This document shows positions 11,530 to 26,400 of a stretch of 64,000 bases of DNA, in pieces. A model generated the notes under the pieces. It had not been told where the DNA came from. It searched no databases and worked only from the letters and a program-made list of their open reading frames with translations. The position numbers and the translations under genes were made by a program. Where the stretch lies: the NCBI RefSeq assembly GCF_006345805.1, contig NC_043003.1:97340001-97404000 (forward strand), given 5' to 3'. This DNA comes from Octopus sinensis. Taxonomy: Eukaryota. Every line of letters starts with the position of its first letter. Position 1 is the stretch's first letter.

Positions 11530-12020
11530 AAACGACCACATAGCTTTTTCCCAGGCCTTTTTTTGGTTGTCTGCTGCAAACCAGAGTTCTCAATCATGTT
11601 ACCTGAGAAAGACTAGAAGAAAAGGCAACCTGACAGAGATCTAGTTAGATCTGGCCAATGCATACAGCACAAAACCTCATACATGCAACCCTACGCTGCA
11701 CTCATATCTCTCTGCACATCAATGGAATGATAACCAGTTACTTTTGAGACATCCAGTTTCATTTTAAAAACAGCCCAGTTTACAACTTCGTGGTAAGACA
11801 ACGTGAAGTAAATTGTAACTGGCTGCACAATTACTCCCATTCTCTTCATCATAGGAATGAACCTCCTTACAAGAGTTGATGGGAAAGAATGTGTGTCCTG
11901 ATACTGAGTGATAGTCTTTTGTTTCTGATCGTCCAAGAAAACATGTCTGGCCAGGGGAAAAATATTTCCGGCGACAGAAAGCATATCAAGCCCTAGAAAA
12001 TCTGCCTCATCGAAAAGTAA
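11530..12020 (+). pseudogene. Reverse transcriptase remnant of an RLE-type (Hero/R2/NeSL-like) non-LTR element
   Basis: Peptides LDLANAYSTKPH and IVTGCTITPILFIIGMNLL can be read across stops and frameshifts. Confidence 0.6.
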
Positions 12021-13855
12021 ACGTTAAAATGATAATTTCTAACCCTGTTAACACTATTCGATATCACCTTCGACGTGGGAGTTCTTAAGTAACCTTTTAA
12101 TTACTCGGCTGCAGAATTTTTGAGTATGCATTGCCAAAACTAGTAGCTATGATTGCCGCAAAGCAGCAAAATCTTTAGACCGCTTCCTATTCTCACAAAA
12201 AAAAAAAACACTACCAACATAAGTGTTTGAAGAGATGAATTTTATTACTTTAGTAAAAAAAACAGAATTAAACAGCGATCGACATTTTTGTTAGTTATTG
12301 TAATTTATTTATATTGTAAATTTTGTGATGAAAATCATTTAGAAACATTTAAATAATTCTTTTTTTTCTTCTTTTTTTTTACCAAAATTATCTTATAATT
12401 AAATTTTTTTCATGTGATATCACCACACCTTTTTTTTTTTCCTCGAATTCCCACTCCTATTAATTCATCAAATGTATGCGGCCAGCAGTCTTAACTTAAA
12501 CTAACCTGTAACAACTCTCCATGCCAATTTTGAAAACAATCTCCAGCTAGTAGCAGACTGCAAGCAGTGAAATGTTTTTATTGTATTTATTGGTTTGATG
12601 CTTAAACAAATAAAGAGCAAAATAAAATTGACAACGGACTCTATTGCAACTCACATATCAGTTCGTAAACATGGTTACGTGGCTACACACACACACAGAT
12701 GTACTAATATTTGTTAATTTCACTGTGTCCATAATTTACATCCCATTATATAACACTTATTTATGCTTCAAACAGAACAACAGTTCACAAAATCTCTTCC
12801 CCCATCCCGCACAAAACTATCAAATGTTAATTTTATTGAATGTTTGGAAATGTCTTTATTTTTAATAAAACCCTGGAATATTACTGATTTGTCATAAAGA
12901 TTTTATTTAACCATCACATCATATGTGATATGGAAGTAAGTTAGCTATACAGTTTTCTTAATTGAACAATATTTTTTTTATAATAATGTCATTTAAGCAC
13001 CTCATACGCTCACAGTATACAATCAACACTGTTATTTCAATTAGAAATCAGTAGTTAAAAACGTGTCTATAAAGGAAAAAACACCAGAAACTGTAATTTT
13101 TAATTTTAAGGAAAAATCCTGCCGGGATTATGCATAGAAATGTCGTTTCTAGGAAACAGTCCTAATGATGTGACATAATTCCCTGTCCTAACTTCTAGAA
13201 AGAAAAGAAACAATTTGAAAGGTGGAGTTCAAAATGACAAACATTTGATGGTTTTCACGGGAAAACAACAAACTTTCAACAATTAAGAACTTAACAAGTA
13301 TCGTTAATGTAGTATCTGACATTCTGTTAAAATAAATAATTAAGATATCTCATGGAGCAAACCAGAAGAAAGATTTTTAAGTCTGGAAAAATAATAGATC
13401 ATTCTCAATAAGAACTGACAAAAACACTTACGGCTTGGAAAATGTGCAGAATTACGGCGTATTTTGAAGGAACGTGGAATGTATAAAAATAAAATGGGTT
13501 ACTTGAAATGCGGAAACGAAATTTTTTTACTTCCGTGAGTAAAATGCTTGAGTTTGAGAAGTACCTTCAGAGGTGTCATTATGGAAAATAATATAATAAT
13601 AATAATAATGAAATTATTGTATATAGTGCTCAGGTGCATCACAACGTAAATAAGAGAAATAAAGAGATCAACTCGTTACGATTAATCGGTGATACAGAAA
13701 ATTTGGGAATTACATGTACTTGTAATTACTGCTGTAGTGGCGAACATAAGATCAAGTTCATTCTTGAACAAATAGAATATAAATTTCTTAAAATTAATGA
13801 TATTCATTTATAGCTCGAGTAAAGATATAAAATTGAAGGGTACTACTGCTACAAG

Positions 13856-14051
13856 TAGGTGGCGAACTGGCAGAAGCGTTAGCACGCCGGGCGTTATGTT
13901 GTGAGTTCAAATTCCGCCGAGGTCGACTTTGCCTTTTATCCTTTCGGGGTCGATAAATTAAGCAACAGTTACGCACTGGGGTCGATGTAATCGACTTAAT
14001 ACCTATGTCTGTCCTTGTTTTTCCCCTCTATGTTTGGCCCCTTGTGGGTAA
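13856..14051 (+). mobile_element. tRNA-derived SINE family B with 15-bp TSD
   Basis: Head ggcgaactggcagaagcgttagc...gagttcaaattcc. TSD tactactgctacaag at 13841-13855 and 14052-14066. Confidence 0.9.
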
Positions 14052-14989
14052 TACTACTGCTACAAGATGCATGTTAACAACTGGAAAAACTAAGCAATGA
14101 ATTGCACTCAGTTTTGCCGAGATGGGTGTATTCATTGCTTTAAAGAACGTACTTCTAAAAGGAAAAATAGTCGGGATACAAAGGAATGCGCAAGTAGTAG
14201 GTGTTTTGTAGACATAATTTAACTCAGGAACACACTATCCGTTGTGGTGTGCGGACAATTGTATTGATAAAATAGGCGGTAGCATTTTTGAACATTTGGT
14301 TGTTAGATAGAATAAGAAATACGATGACCTAGATGATGAGAGTCATACACAGAATATTGGATATTTGTGGAATCTCATGAAAAGAAAATTTTTAAGAATG
14401 TGTTGTACTGAAGACAATATATTTCAGTCATTTCCTTTAGATTGAAGCGAGACGAAATAAAGCGAGTCAGGAAATTGCATCTTTTTCAAGTGTATGTTAT
14501 CCCTTAATCATCAAAGATCTCTTAATGTTTTAATGAAATACTTCCAATTTATCTGCTTTTGTTTGTTGTTTTTTTCTCGTAATAAACATATTTTTTTTTA
14601 ATGAAAGTATTGCGGATCTTTTATTTTTTTAATTTTCTTCCATCGTAATACACATGCTTTTAAAATGAAAGTAAATTTTTCGTTTCGTTACTTCACGAAA
14701 CCCATCTTATTTTTATACACTATTCAGTACTTGGCAATTACACTCTACGTTTAGTATCTTCATTCACTATTATAATTGTATGGAACTGGAGAAATATCTC
14801 CAGCTTCATCATTTATATGACTACAATGATCCAACAACGACAAATATTTCTTAATATTGATCAAATATATACAAGAACACCAGCCTCACTCTCGTATAAT
14901 ACCTACTTACATTTGTACTTTTAAACTAATTTTCGTAGATGCCGTTGATTAGTGTTCTTATTGGTTGAATGATTCTACGTAAGTACGAC

Positions 14990-15008
14990 AGTGTGTGTGT
15001 GTGTGGTG

Positions 15009-15039
<31 letters not shown>

Positions 15040-15062
15040 TGTGTGTGTGGTGTGTGTGTGTG
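14990..15062. repeat. (TG)n microsatellite
   Basis: Direct reading. Confidence 0.95.
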
Positions 15063-15696
15063 TGAGATTGCATCATCGACCTGGCTTATTGGATGTTATA
15101 CATCACTGGTCATAATGTGTTGCCCATTCTTTTTTGATTGCGCCCTTCTTTTCTATTCTGGACCAAATCGTCTTCCCATCGTCGTGGAAGCTTTCCAAAC
15201 GGCCCTTTCCGATCTTTTAGATACTACTCGGCAAGTGCACCAAAGACGAAATTGCTGTTACATCCGGTTCCATAAGAATTCTTGAATGGTCAGGTTTATT
15301 TATGACGTTGTTAATACTTGGGCGAATAGCGATTGTGTTTGATTTCAAAGTTTTGATTTCCGGGTTTGATTTCCAAGAATTGCAAGTGATAAATATTCCT
15401 GCAGCATGCATGTTTCAAAAAACAATGGAATTCTAGACAGACATACCAAAGTGCCATAGCATGAGCAAACCTCGTGGGCATGGACGAAAACATTGCTTTG
15501 ATAGAGAACTACAATGCCTGTAGCAAGAATGTTTAACAATTACAAAACATAGAAATCAAACCCTGCTCACTACATTCCATGCAAGAAAAAATAATACGAT
15601 CGCGATTCGCTCAAATATTACCAACGTCATCAAAGCATTAAGAGATTACTTGAGGAATCGGATCTAATAACAATTTCTTCCTTGGCGTGCTTCAAA

Positions 15697-15899
15697 TTTT
15701 GGTACAAGGCCAGAAATTTTAGTGGAGGGGTAAACCGATCACATTAACCCACATGTTCTACTGGCACTTATTTTATCAACTACGAAAGGATTAAAGGCAA
15801 AGTTGGCATCGGCAGAATTTGAACTCAAAACGTAAAGGCGGATGAAATGGCGCTAAACATTTTGCCCAGCGTGCTAACGATTCCGCCAACTCGTCGCCT
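15697..15899 (-). mobile_element. SINE family B, diverged
   Basis: gaatttgaactc...gtgctaacgattccgccaactcgtcgcc. Confidence 0.8.
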
Positions 15900-17324
15900 T
15901 AAGCATCATTATATATTCAATGCACTTCAGCCACAAGGCAGCAGACGATAGCAGTGGACTAACAAGCAGGCTAAGACGATGTCACAACGCCCAAAACATT
16001 GGACGACGAGATTGCAACACATGCTATCCAGTTTACTCCAAGAAACGCAGCGAAGACTATCAGATCCAACAACATCTCATAAACTTCAAACTATCTTGGT
16101 ATAAACATAATTTGTTTCTTTATCAAAAGCCAGCTCCTGCGCTCTAAAAAATTTCAATGAATGAAAAAGAAGACATACATGCATGCATTCATACTGTCCT
16201 TGAGGAAGCATAATAGCGCCACCTAAATCTCCTGGTTGTATTGGTTTGACTCTATCCCTCAGACATGGATATTCGCTATTTCTAGCTAAGCTCCCAACTG
16301 CTACAGTCGATGCTATTAAGAAACTGTCAACAACTGAATGGATAAGAACTGCATTTGTGTAATATGACGCCAAGACACAGGCAGAACTGAACACAAAATT
16401 GTCGCAGGAAAGAGGAATGGTGTTAGGTCAGAATAGGTGGAAGTCAAAGCAGGTCAGACTGTAAATCAGACGAGGGATGCGGATAGTAGTGGCCTGTCTA
16501 CCACCCCCATCTCCAGTGCTATGAAAATATTGTATGCATTAGTATTGAATATAAAGCATACTTCAGCAGACTTCAGATGGTGAAAAAGTCATAGTTAGCA
16601 TTAAATAAACGATATCCAACAATGTCTTCGCAGTGCCAGAGCTAAAACTAACATTTGGGATACTAAACCGGATACATGAAGAAATTCGTAGTTTGACCAA
16701 GAAGACTAGAAAGATATATTTCTTTAACAACTATTGTTTCTTTATTAGCCACATAGGGCTGCACACAGACAGGACGTAACTTACACGTCAGTAGCAGCAC
16801 TAACAGGATACTGTCCACAAGGTCGTTGAGTACTGCATGCTATCACTTACATAATACTTAATGAGCAGTAAATAAAGAAATAAGTATATCAAGTGCGTAA
16901 TCAGTAGCGAAAATTATAACTTCATGAAATTAGGTAAAGAATTCTTGATAAGATACCATAAGTGAATAGCTGTACTATGTGACCAACAGTATCTGAATAT
17001 TTTCCTATCACAGAAACTTTGAGGAGAAATACTAATCATACCAATGTAGGGCAGAATTGGTGACAGACGAACTGTAGACAGAAACTTCGCTGCGGGTTAG
17101 CTAGGAAGTTGGTCAGCAGCAAAACAAAAAAGGGTTTTCCGGTAGGGGAAGAAAAACAAAAGAATGTCAACAGTGAATGTGGAACGAATCTGAGTGAACT
17201 AAACAGAAATAACTGGCGACTTAAGCCCTGATGTACGTAATGTAATAAACCTTTGATAAATGTATTCTCGTCTCCACTAATTTGTTTGCGTATAGCAGAA
17301 ATTTTTCACGAGTTCATATCCCAC

Positions 17325-17782
17325 AAGTTAGAGAACATTAGTTTCAAATTTTTGCTCACGGCCAGCAATTTAGGTAGAGGGGTTAATTTGATTACATTGA
17401 CTCCAGTAGTCTCATGGTACTTATTTTATCGACCCTGAAAGGATGAAAGGCAAAGTCAACCTCGGCGGAATTTGAACTCAAAACGTTAAGGCGGACGAAA
17501 TGTTGCAAAGCAATATTTCAGGCACGGTAACGATTCTGCCAGCTCGCCACTTTCAAGTTAGAGAATATTAGTTTCAATTTTTGACCCCAGGCCAGCTTGT
17601 TCGGAGGAGGGGATAAGTGGATTGCATCGACTTCAGTGCTCAACTGGTACTTATTTTATCGATCCCGAAAGGAATGAAAGACAAAGTCAATCTGTGTAGA
17701 ATTTGAATTCAGAAGATAAAGTCGGACGAAATGCCGCTACGCATTTTGCCCGGTGTTCTAACGATTCTGCCAGCTTGCCGCC
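17325..17782 (-). mobile_element. Two tandem SINE family B copies with a duplicated flank
   Basis: Each copy is preceded by caagttagagaa(c/t)attagtttcaa (17325 and 17553). Confidence 0.75.
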
Positions 17783-18819
17783 CTATCAAGTTAGCAGCAC
17801 TTTGACAACAGTAGCCTCTCTTGGACCTGCGATAGATGCATCACCTAGAAGGTGACATGTTCGTTATCCAAGAACGTGAGTAGCTACTAAATAACTGATC
17901 AATAAGAGAAATAAGAATGCGTCTAGAACGCTTTGTGATAGAAAATATCGGGTGTGTCATACTACCTTCGTCAGCGAAGTTTTTTTTTACTTTACTTTTT
18001 TCGGTTACATAACAACTCCATGAGAGGATATGTTATCTCAGTGCAGTACGGAGTGATGCGCCAATGTAAAATAATCAGGCTTAGAAATTCTCGCAATTTC
18101 CGAAGGTATGTAGGTGTCGGAAATTGTAAAATAGCTTCCATTTTATTGTGCTTGGGTTGGGTTCCATCTTTATCAGTAACGTTTCCTAAGAATGCTAGAT
18201 GTTGGTCACCTAAAAGACGTTTAGTAGGATTAATTGTAACACTATAATGTGATAGTCAAGTAATAAAAACCCGCTGATCTTTATGTTCTGATACGGGAGG
18301 ACTGCAAGAAATAACTCATCATTATAAGCGAAAGCAAAGTCTAAAGTACTAGCAACTTCCTCAACGAATCACTGAAAATAATTGGCTGTATCTCAGAGAC
18401 CGAAAGGCACTCTCAAAAATTCTATAGTCCAAAGGGTGTAGTTCTGGCTGTCAAATGAGTATCACAAGGTTCGACATGGATTTGGTTATAAGTCCGAATT
18501 AGTTTTATCTTGGAAAATACTGCGAAAATACTGCAAAGAAGATGCAAAATCGTGAATGTATGAAATAGAACATTTGTCTGATACTGTTCTAGAGTTTAAC
18601 ATCCTATAATCACCATATGTGCATCAATCGCCAGTAGTTTTCTTGGGTGCCATGCATATGTAATGGAGAAGTCCTTTCATAGCTAGATGGCCGAATTATA
18701 TCAAGTTGAAACGTGTGACTGAATTCGTCTTCAACGGCCTTCATTTTGCTATAAGCGAATCGACGAAGGTGAGCTGATACTGGAAGATTATATATAATAA
18801 TCTTTTGTAGTTTTGACTC

Positions 18820-19015
18820 AAAGCCAGCAGCTTGGTTTGGGAGGGACAAGTCAGTTACACTGATTCCGGTTCACGACTAGTACTTTATTTTATCGACCCC
18901 GAAAGGATGAAAAGCAAAGCCTATCCCGGCGAAATTTGAACTCATAACGTAAGTCCGGAAGAAATACCTCTAAGCATTTTGTCCGACGCTGTTACGATTC
19001 TGCTATCTCGCCGCC
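18820..19015 (-). mobile_element. SINE family B, diverged
   Basis: tttatcgaccccgaaaggatgaaa...ttgaactc...ctcgccgcc. Confidence 0.75.
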
Positions 19016-21499
19016 TTTGGTAAGAATATGATCCATTACCGTGTTCAGTAGTATCCAAGAATATGCGAAGGCTAGAATGGTAATGATCAATGATAGAAGA
19101 AACAAAAGGAAAAAAAAAAAACAGGGCTGACAAGATCATTCTCTGTGCCAATACTGCAAAATCAGTAATTTAACTATGCTATAAATTAGTTTGTTTTTGT
19201 TGTCATTTGTGTGTATGTGTGTGTGTGCATGCGCGCGCGTTTTGCTGTTTTTTTGTTTTGTTTTGTTTTATGTGTGTGTCTTTTATACATCAACCACTTG
19301 ACCAAATGAGGGAAAATCACCGACAACAATTGAATAAGAAAGATAATTGCTGATTAAAATCCACTTGAAATCTATGCACGAGATCAAATCTAGAGCCATG
19401 GGTTTACCTTGTATGTGGTTATCGATGAATTATTAACTGCTTGCAAGGTAACACTCATAGGTGGCCGGAAAGCTTTGAGAAAACTATGCAGCCTAATGCT
19501 ACTTTTGGTCCTAGTATTAATCAGAAAATGAGCTTTTGAAAACTAGTCAGTAACATAAAACAAACAACTGAAAGAAAAGGCATCAGGCGATGCAGTCGCA
19601 AATAATCCTCGTTTAGCTGTTTTCTGCCAGACAGAAGAAGGGGGAAAAGCAGGCTTAAAGGTATACATGGTCAAGTTGATACGTAGAGTGACCATCTAAT
19701 AACGACTCATATCAGAAGGCTGAAATAAAACATAAAATGTGCCAGTTGGAAAAGAGAGCGATGCATCAGCGTAGAATGCTTATGAAAGATTTATTGATAT
19801 ATTTGCATGTATCCGTGTGGGTTGTATGTTTGCTGTTAACCATGGTGAAGTAATTCACGAACAGCGCAATGTTAGAACCTGTGCAGTGTTGCTGGTGCTG
19901 TGTACGTAGATGTTGTTGACGACGTTGGTGAGAGACATGATGGTGGCGACGAAGATGGAGGTTGCTGTAATGCTGTTGGTCGGGTGTTGTGTAGCGTTGT
20001 CACTGGAACTGGCCGTGTCGTGTGGTCAGCGGCTAGACCTCAGAAGGTCTAGAACCAAAGACTTTGAGACGAGAATTTGAGTTTTTATAGGGAGCAGTCG
20101 ACTCAAACTGGGGTTGAGAACAGACTGTCTCACGTGATTTATTTGGAGGTTGCATGTTAGCGCGATAGAGTAAGAGACAAATTGCGCCAATACCACCAAT
20201 CAGATTGGTGGACACAACGGGGTCCAAATAGCGGCCAAAGGTTAGCTGTTATCTGCTACGTTCGGATGTATGTATATATAATAAAGTGGAGAGGAATTTC
20301 ACTAGAGTGTACGCTACAAAGGAATACGGTTGGTTACAGTGAGGAGAGCTTATACCAAATTTGAAATGGTACTTAAATAATGCATGTGCTCTTCCATCCG
20401 AACAAGGCCAGAGTCTTCTTGCCGGGTTCCTGGAACGAGAAGGTGGACGGATTGAAAAACGAGGCATTTCTATTCTGTCAGTGAATGCTCGAATTTTTTT
20501 ACCCAGCCATTTTACAAAAGATGCAAGTGCACAGGAGATAGACGAAACAAAGGAAGAGAAATGTCTATGTAGCAAGGACAAATTTGTATTATCGCATTAA
20601 ATTTGATTTATACAGGCTCGCCACGCTAATTTGTTGTGATTGGTTAAAACACCTATCATATGAGTTATTGGACATTTATTGAGTCCTGTGTTGTGATTAG
20701 TTGAGTGTTGTGCGGGAATTGGATCGAAGGTCCAACGCACGTTGCACGTAGTAAATTTCAAACAATTAATTTTGTGTGTCCTGGAGCCTCTTTTTCACTG
20801 TAAATTGGTGCGATAAATTATTTACGTGTCAGAGGGGAGAGAGTTTTCATTGAAGCGAGTTTGCATATCCTGCCGTCCAGAGGAGAATTGAGCAGAGTCT
20901 ATGTAACCAATGATAATCCAAACTGAATTATCAAAACGATGGATGAACAACAACTGACAGAACTTGTAATATTTCTTGTTTTGATCCACTGCGCCACTTT
21001 ACGAAGGAATGAAGTACCAATGATATTTTAAAGGTGGTTTCTTTTGTTACTTATACTAATGAACACACAAAATGTATTATACAACGATATATGTGATTCT
21101 TTAGTAAAACCTGGGAAACATTCCTTATAAAATCTGCAATGCCATCCACTAACTCGACCAATTGATCCACTATGCTATGGCATCGTACAGATGCCGGAAT
21201 AGTATGTATGCTGGATGTCAAATGAGGCAAGAATAATTTCTTTATATGACTCTACCTGAGAATTATTTTCCAATAATTCTCCCATTCCACGTAACAACTG
21301 TGAATGCTTCTTATCAACCAATGTTTCATTGTACAACAGTTGATGAATGCGCTTCCGCTGCGAATTGTGTGTTCGCTTTTAAAATCTCTGCCTTAATTTC
21401 TGAGTTAGAGGCAACAGAGGCTTGGGGGTGCGATTAAATCTTTAACTGGACCTATTTTGCCACACATACTCGAACATGGTTCTAGTACAGTTGCGTACT

Positions 21500-21610
21500 G
21501 GACATTTGCAACCCGAACACCTGCGTACCAGACAATTGCGTCCCTAGACAATTGCGTCCTTGGACATTTGCGTCCCTAGACAAATGCATCCTTGGACAAT
21601 TGTATCCCTG
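21500..21610. repeat. 16-bp tandem repeats, probably subterminal repeats of a DNA transposon
   Basis: gacaattgcgtcccta-like unit, about 6 copies. An inverted related motif ggtgtcgcaatttcc lies at about 22055. Confidence 0.6.
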
Positions 21611-22637
21611 TGCTATTTTGAAATTTAATTTATCTTTTTACAGGTGTACTTTTTGTTTATTTGCAACAGTTGATTATTAAAGCTAATTGTAAATGTACAC
21701 ATTTATTAACTCTAAACAAGGGAGTAGTAGGTAATAAATAATTTTTAAAAAGGAATAAAAGAAGCAACAGAGTTTAAAATTTACAAGTTTATCTTTGTTT
21801 AAAAAACGAAAACAGATTAACAATATTAAAAAAATATTTCAAGATTTAAAAAATTATTGTAGTTTCACAAATAAATCAAAAAGTGTGAATGTTGTAAGCT
21901 ATTCTTTTCAAGAAATTTATCTTGTTTTCAGGAATATATTTATCTAATAACGCCATGATTCTCTTAATTGCAGTTTTTTTGTTTTTTTTTGCCGTACTAG
22001 AATTTCTCTTTGAAAGTTTCTTTTTCTTTAACGCAATAGCCTCATCCTTTTTCGGTGTCGCAATTTCCAAATACAGTGGGTGTTGACACGATAAAGAATA
22101 TTGCGTTGTGCAATTCCTCTAAGCTGTTATTAGATCTAGGCAATTGATTTATAACCCTTTCTCGAACATTCCAAGACTCGATAGAAAAATTGGTCCCATC
22201 CTTATCCCTCTCCGGCAAACCAGAGAATTCAAGGTCATATCAATATCAAAATAACCAGGGATGAAGTAACCGAGAACAGGGTGTGGAATAAGCTATGGTT
22301 AAAAGTATGCAATGACATTGGAATTTATGAACGAATTGCACTAGCAGCTGTTATATAATCATCACAACAAACATGAACAATCAACGTCGCCCATTGTCTC
22401 CCTTGATAAAAGGACTTTCACTTTGTTTCCCGCCAAAACAATTAACTTGTACAACAACGGCAGTCGAATAAAGTATCTTGTATCGTTAACACGTTGTTTC
22501 AGTCTCTCTCATTTTCTTAATCTTTCATACTAAGTACTCACTACTTCCTTTAATACTCAATACATATATATATAACAACAACATGGTGTCAGAATACTAA
22601 AAGAACCCAAAATACAGAAACCAAAGGAAAAAAGAAG

Positions 22638-23498
22638 TTGAAATCATACTTCAAAGACGAAATGGAAAATTTACCGCATCCAAAAGACCTAGACTTTAAT
22701 CAGGAAAATCTAGCCGCAGCATGGAAAAAGTGGAAAAAAGAATTGAATCTCTTTTTGATAGCAACAGAAAGTGACATGAAGCCAGACAAAGTAAAAACTT
22801 CAATGTTTTTAACTTGCATCGGTTCTAAAGGCCGAGATATCCATTCCACACTGGATTTCGATTCACCCGACGAAGAAATGAACCTTCAGACAGTAATCGA
22901 AAAATTCGATGCATATTGTGAACCCAGGAAAAACATAACTTTCCTAAGACACAAATTCTTCACATGTGGACAAGCGGAACATCAAAAATTCGATGAGTAC
23001 GTAGTAGAGTTGCGCCAAAAGGCACAACAATGCGAATTCGGCAACCTCACAGACAGTCTCACCAAAGATATTCTGATATGTGGAATCAGAGACATGAGAT
23101 TAAGAGAAAGATTATTGAGAGAACCAAATTTAGACCTACAAAAAACAATTCAAGCAGGTCAGAGTGCAGAGCAAACACGACTCCAATCAAGGATGCTAAA
23201 TGCCACATCCGAAACAAGAGATAACGAAATCTCGAGGGTATAGTCAACACGACAGAAAAGGCGCCAAAACTCAAATAACCGCCATATGCAATCCAGACAT
23301 CAAAACGAACAAGGCGGAAGTGACAGAAAGCCCGCGAAGTTTCAAGCGCCAAGTCAACACTACGTCACTAACTGTCACTATTGTGGTTATAATCACAAAA
23401 GAAATAAATGCCCAGCATTTCACAAGACATGTGAAAAATGCAAGAAACAAGGACACTATGCAAAAATGTGCAAATCAAGAAATTTGTACATAAAGTAG
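22638..23498 (+). pseudogene. gag: gag with in-frame TAG at 23241-23243 and two zinc knuckles
   Basis: The 22638 and 23286 ORFs are in the same frame. CHYCGYNHKRNKC and CEKCKKQGHYAKMC lie downstream of the stop. Confidence 0.85.
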
Positions 23499-26400
23499 AG
23501 ATACATACCGACGATGAATCAGATGACGATACACATGCACTCGAAATGATCACTGCAAATAATTCCCGCGTGCACAAAATCGAAAAGTTCAAGACTCCAA
23601 AAGACATTTGGACGGTCGAACTAAAAGTGAACAACTCGAATGTAACATTCAAAATAGATACAGGAGCAGACGTAACCGTACTGCCATTCAGAGAATATAG
23701 AAATATAATTCCAAAACCACAACTGCAAAAAACTTCAACTCGATTATCAGCTTATAATAACACAGCTATAAAAGTGCTAGGAAAATGCACAGCAGTCATT
23801 AAATACAAAGAATTATCAAAGCAAATAAAATTCATTGTTGCAAAAACAAACTCGCACGCAGTTATAGATGCAAAGACAGCTAAAGATCTGAACCTGATTC
23901 AGAGAATTTCAAAAATAAATTCGTCGAACACAAACGACATATTAGAAAAATATGAAGACTGTTTCGGAGAAATCGGCACTTTGTCAATAACACATCATAT
24001 CACAGTGGATCCACAAATAACTCCTGTAATTCATCCACCAAGATCGGTTCCTTTTTCTATAAAAGAAAAACTCAACAAAGAATTAAAAAGAATGACAGAA
24101 TTAGATATCATAAAACCTGTTAGTGAACCTACAGACTGGGTAAATTCCCTAGTCATCGTTGAAAAAGCCAACGGAAAACTCCGACTCTGTTTAGACCCCA
24201 AGAATCTAAACAAAGCCATAAAAAGGCAACATTTCAAACTCCCTACAGCGGAGGACATTTTTGCACAAATGCATAACCCTAAATATTTTTCAAAACTCGA
24301 TGCATCTAATGGATACTGGCAAATTCCAGTTGACGAAGAAAGCTCCCATCTTTTAACGTTCAACACACCTTTTGGAAGGTATCGCTTCACACGACTACCC
24401 TTTGGAATTCACAGCGCCAGTGAAGTTTTCCAAAAAGAAATTTCAAAAATAATAGAGGGCATAGAAGGAGCAAGAAATTCACAGGATGACATCATAATCT
24501 GGTCCAACACTTTAGAAGAACACACAAATAGACTACAACAAGTTTTCGATCGAATCCGAAAGCACGGATTAAAGTTAAATAAATCAAAGTGTATCTTCTA
24601 TGAATCACAAATCAAGTACCTTGGGCATATATTAACCAGCGAAGGGATAAAACAAGATCCAACCAAAGTACAAGCAATCATTCACATGACACTGCCAACA
24701 AGTAAAAAAGAATTACAAAGATTCCTAGGTATGACAAATTACCTATGTAAATTTTTATCTAATTACTCCGAAGTCACAGCACCATTGCGCCAGCTTCTAC
24801 AGAGTGACACGTTATGGTCATTCGACAAACCACAAATCGAAGCAATAAAAAAGCTAAAAGAAATGATTACCAGAAAACCAGTGCTACAATTTTATGATCC
24901 AGATCTACCAATAAAAATAACTACAGATGCTAGTAAGCATGGGCTCGGAGCGATACTTGAGCAGAAACACAACGAAAGATGGCTACCTGTTTCGTTTGCA
25001 TCTCGTGCAACAACTCAAGCGGAACAAAACTACTGTCCGATAGAGAGCGAAGCTCTCAGTATAGTTTTCGCATGCAAGAAATTTCATCAGTTTATATACG
25101 GAACTCATTTCAGAATCGAAAATGACCATAAACCGTTGAAGCAAATATTCAAAAAATCGATCACTAAATGCCCCCCCAGAATCCAAAGATTTCTACTAAC
25201 ATTACAAAGATATGATTTTGACCTAAACCACATACCTGGTAAAGAATCAATTGTTGCAGATACCCTATCACGTGCATACCTTGAGCAAAATACTCCAGAA
25301 GTATCAGACGAAGATATGAAATCGCACATTCATGCAGTAATAAAAAATTACCCCATAACCGACACTAAATTAAAAGAGTATAAAGAAGCCACTGCAGACA
25401 CTCGTCACATATACAAGAACAGAATGGCCCCCAAAAGACAAAATACCAATAAACATCAAACCATTCGTATCCGTTCGTGATGAAATATCAATCGTCAATG
25501 GTCTTGTTCTAAAAGGTTCAAGAATAATTGTACCTAAGTCATTACGTAGAGAAGCTCTACAGGAAATACATACCGGACACATGGGTATCGAAAAATGCAT
25601 AGAGAGAGCGAAGGAATGTATATACTGGCCCGGCATTAACGCTCAAATCAAAGACATGATTAACACATGCTCATACTACATTGACTACAAAAATCAACAA
25701 GCAGCCGAACCACTAATAAATCATGAAATACCTACTACACCATGGACCAAAGTGGGTACAGACGTATTTCACCTGTCTGGAAATTCGTATGTCACAATTA
25801 TTGACTATACAACAAGATTTTTTGATCTACACGAAATAAATGATTGCCAGTCAAAAACCGTAATCAAAAAATTAAAAGAAACTTTTGCTAAATTCGGAAT
25901 TCCGCAAACAGTTGTAAGTGACAACGGTCCAGAATTCAATTCGGCTGAATTCAAAAAATTTGCAAAAAATTGGCATTTTCATCACACGAAGACAAGCCCG
26001 CATTATCATCAAGCGAATGGCATGGTTGAGAGGAATATACAGACAATAAAAAAGACGCTAAAAAAGGCATTCAAAAGTGACGAAGAACCTCAGTTAGCGC
26101 TCTTAGCATTACGCACGACTAAATTACAAAATGGTGCACCATCCCCTGCAAATCAAATAATGAATAGAACATTGCGAACAAATCTCCCAAACATACTACA
26201 CGACAAAATTGGTATCAGGCATCACGAAAAGAAGAAATCAAACATTACAACAGAACTCCCAGAGTTAAAACCACACGACACGGTTAGAATTAAGTTTAAC
26301 AACAATTGGTTTAGAAGGGGCAAAATAATTAAAAAACTAGAGCAACCTCGTTCATACTTAGTAATAACAGAGGAAGGAAATACAGTCAAACGAAATAGAC

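Noticed and set aside
13500-13545. Possible divergent promoter or first exon (acttcc|gtgagt, ETS-like motifs)
   Set aside because: Only short motifs. No downstream exon could be identified on the plus strand.
15060-15560. Coding-like fragments suggesting a transposase
   Set aside because: No catalytic motif could be recognised with confidence.
23241-23243. Programmed stop-codon readthrough in gag
   Set aside because: The stop lies upstream of the nucleocapsid knuckles rather than at the gag-pol border, and the context TAG-TCA-ACA is not a recognised readthrough signal. A point mutation is more likely.
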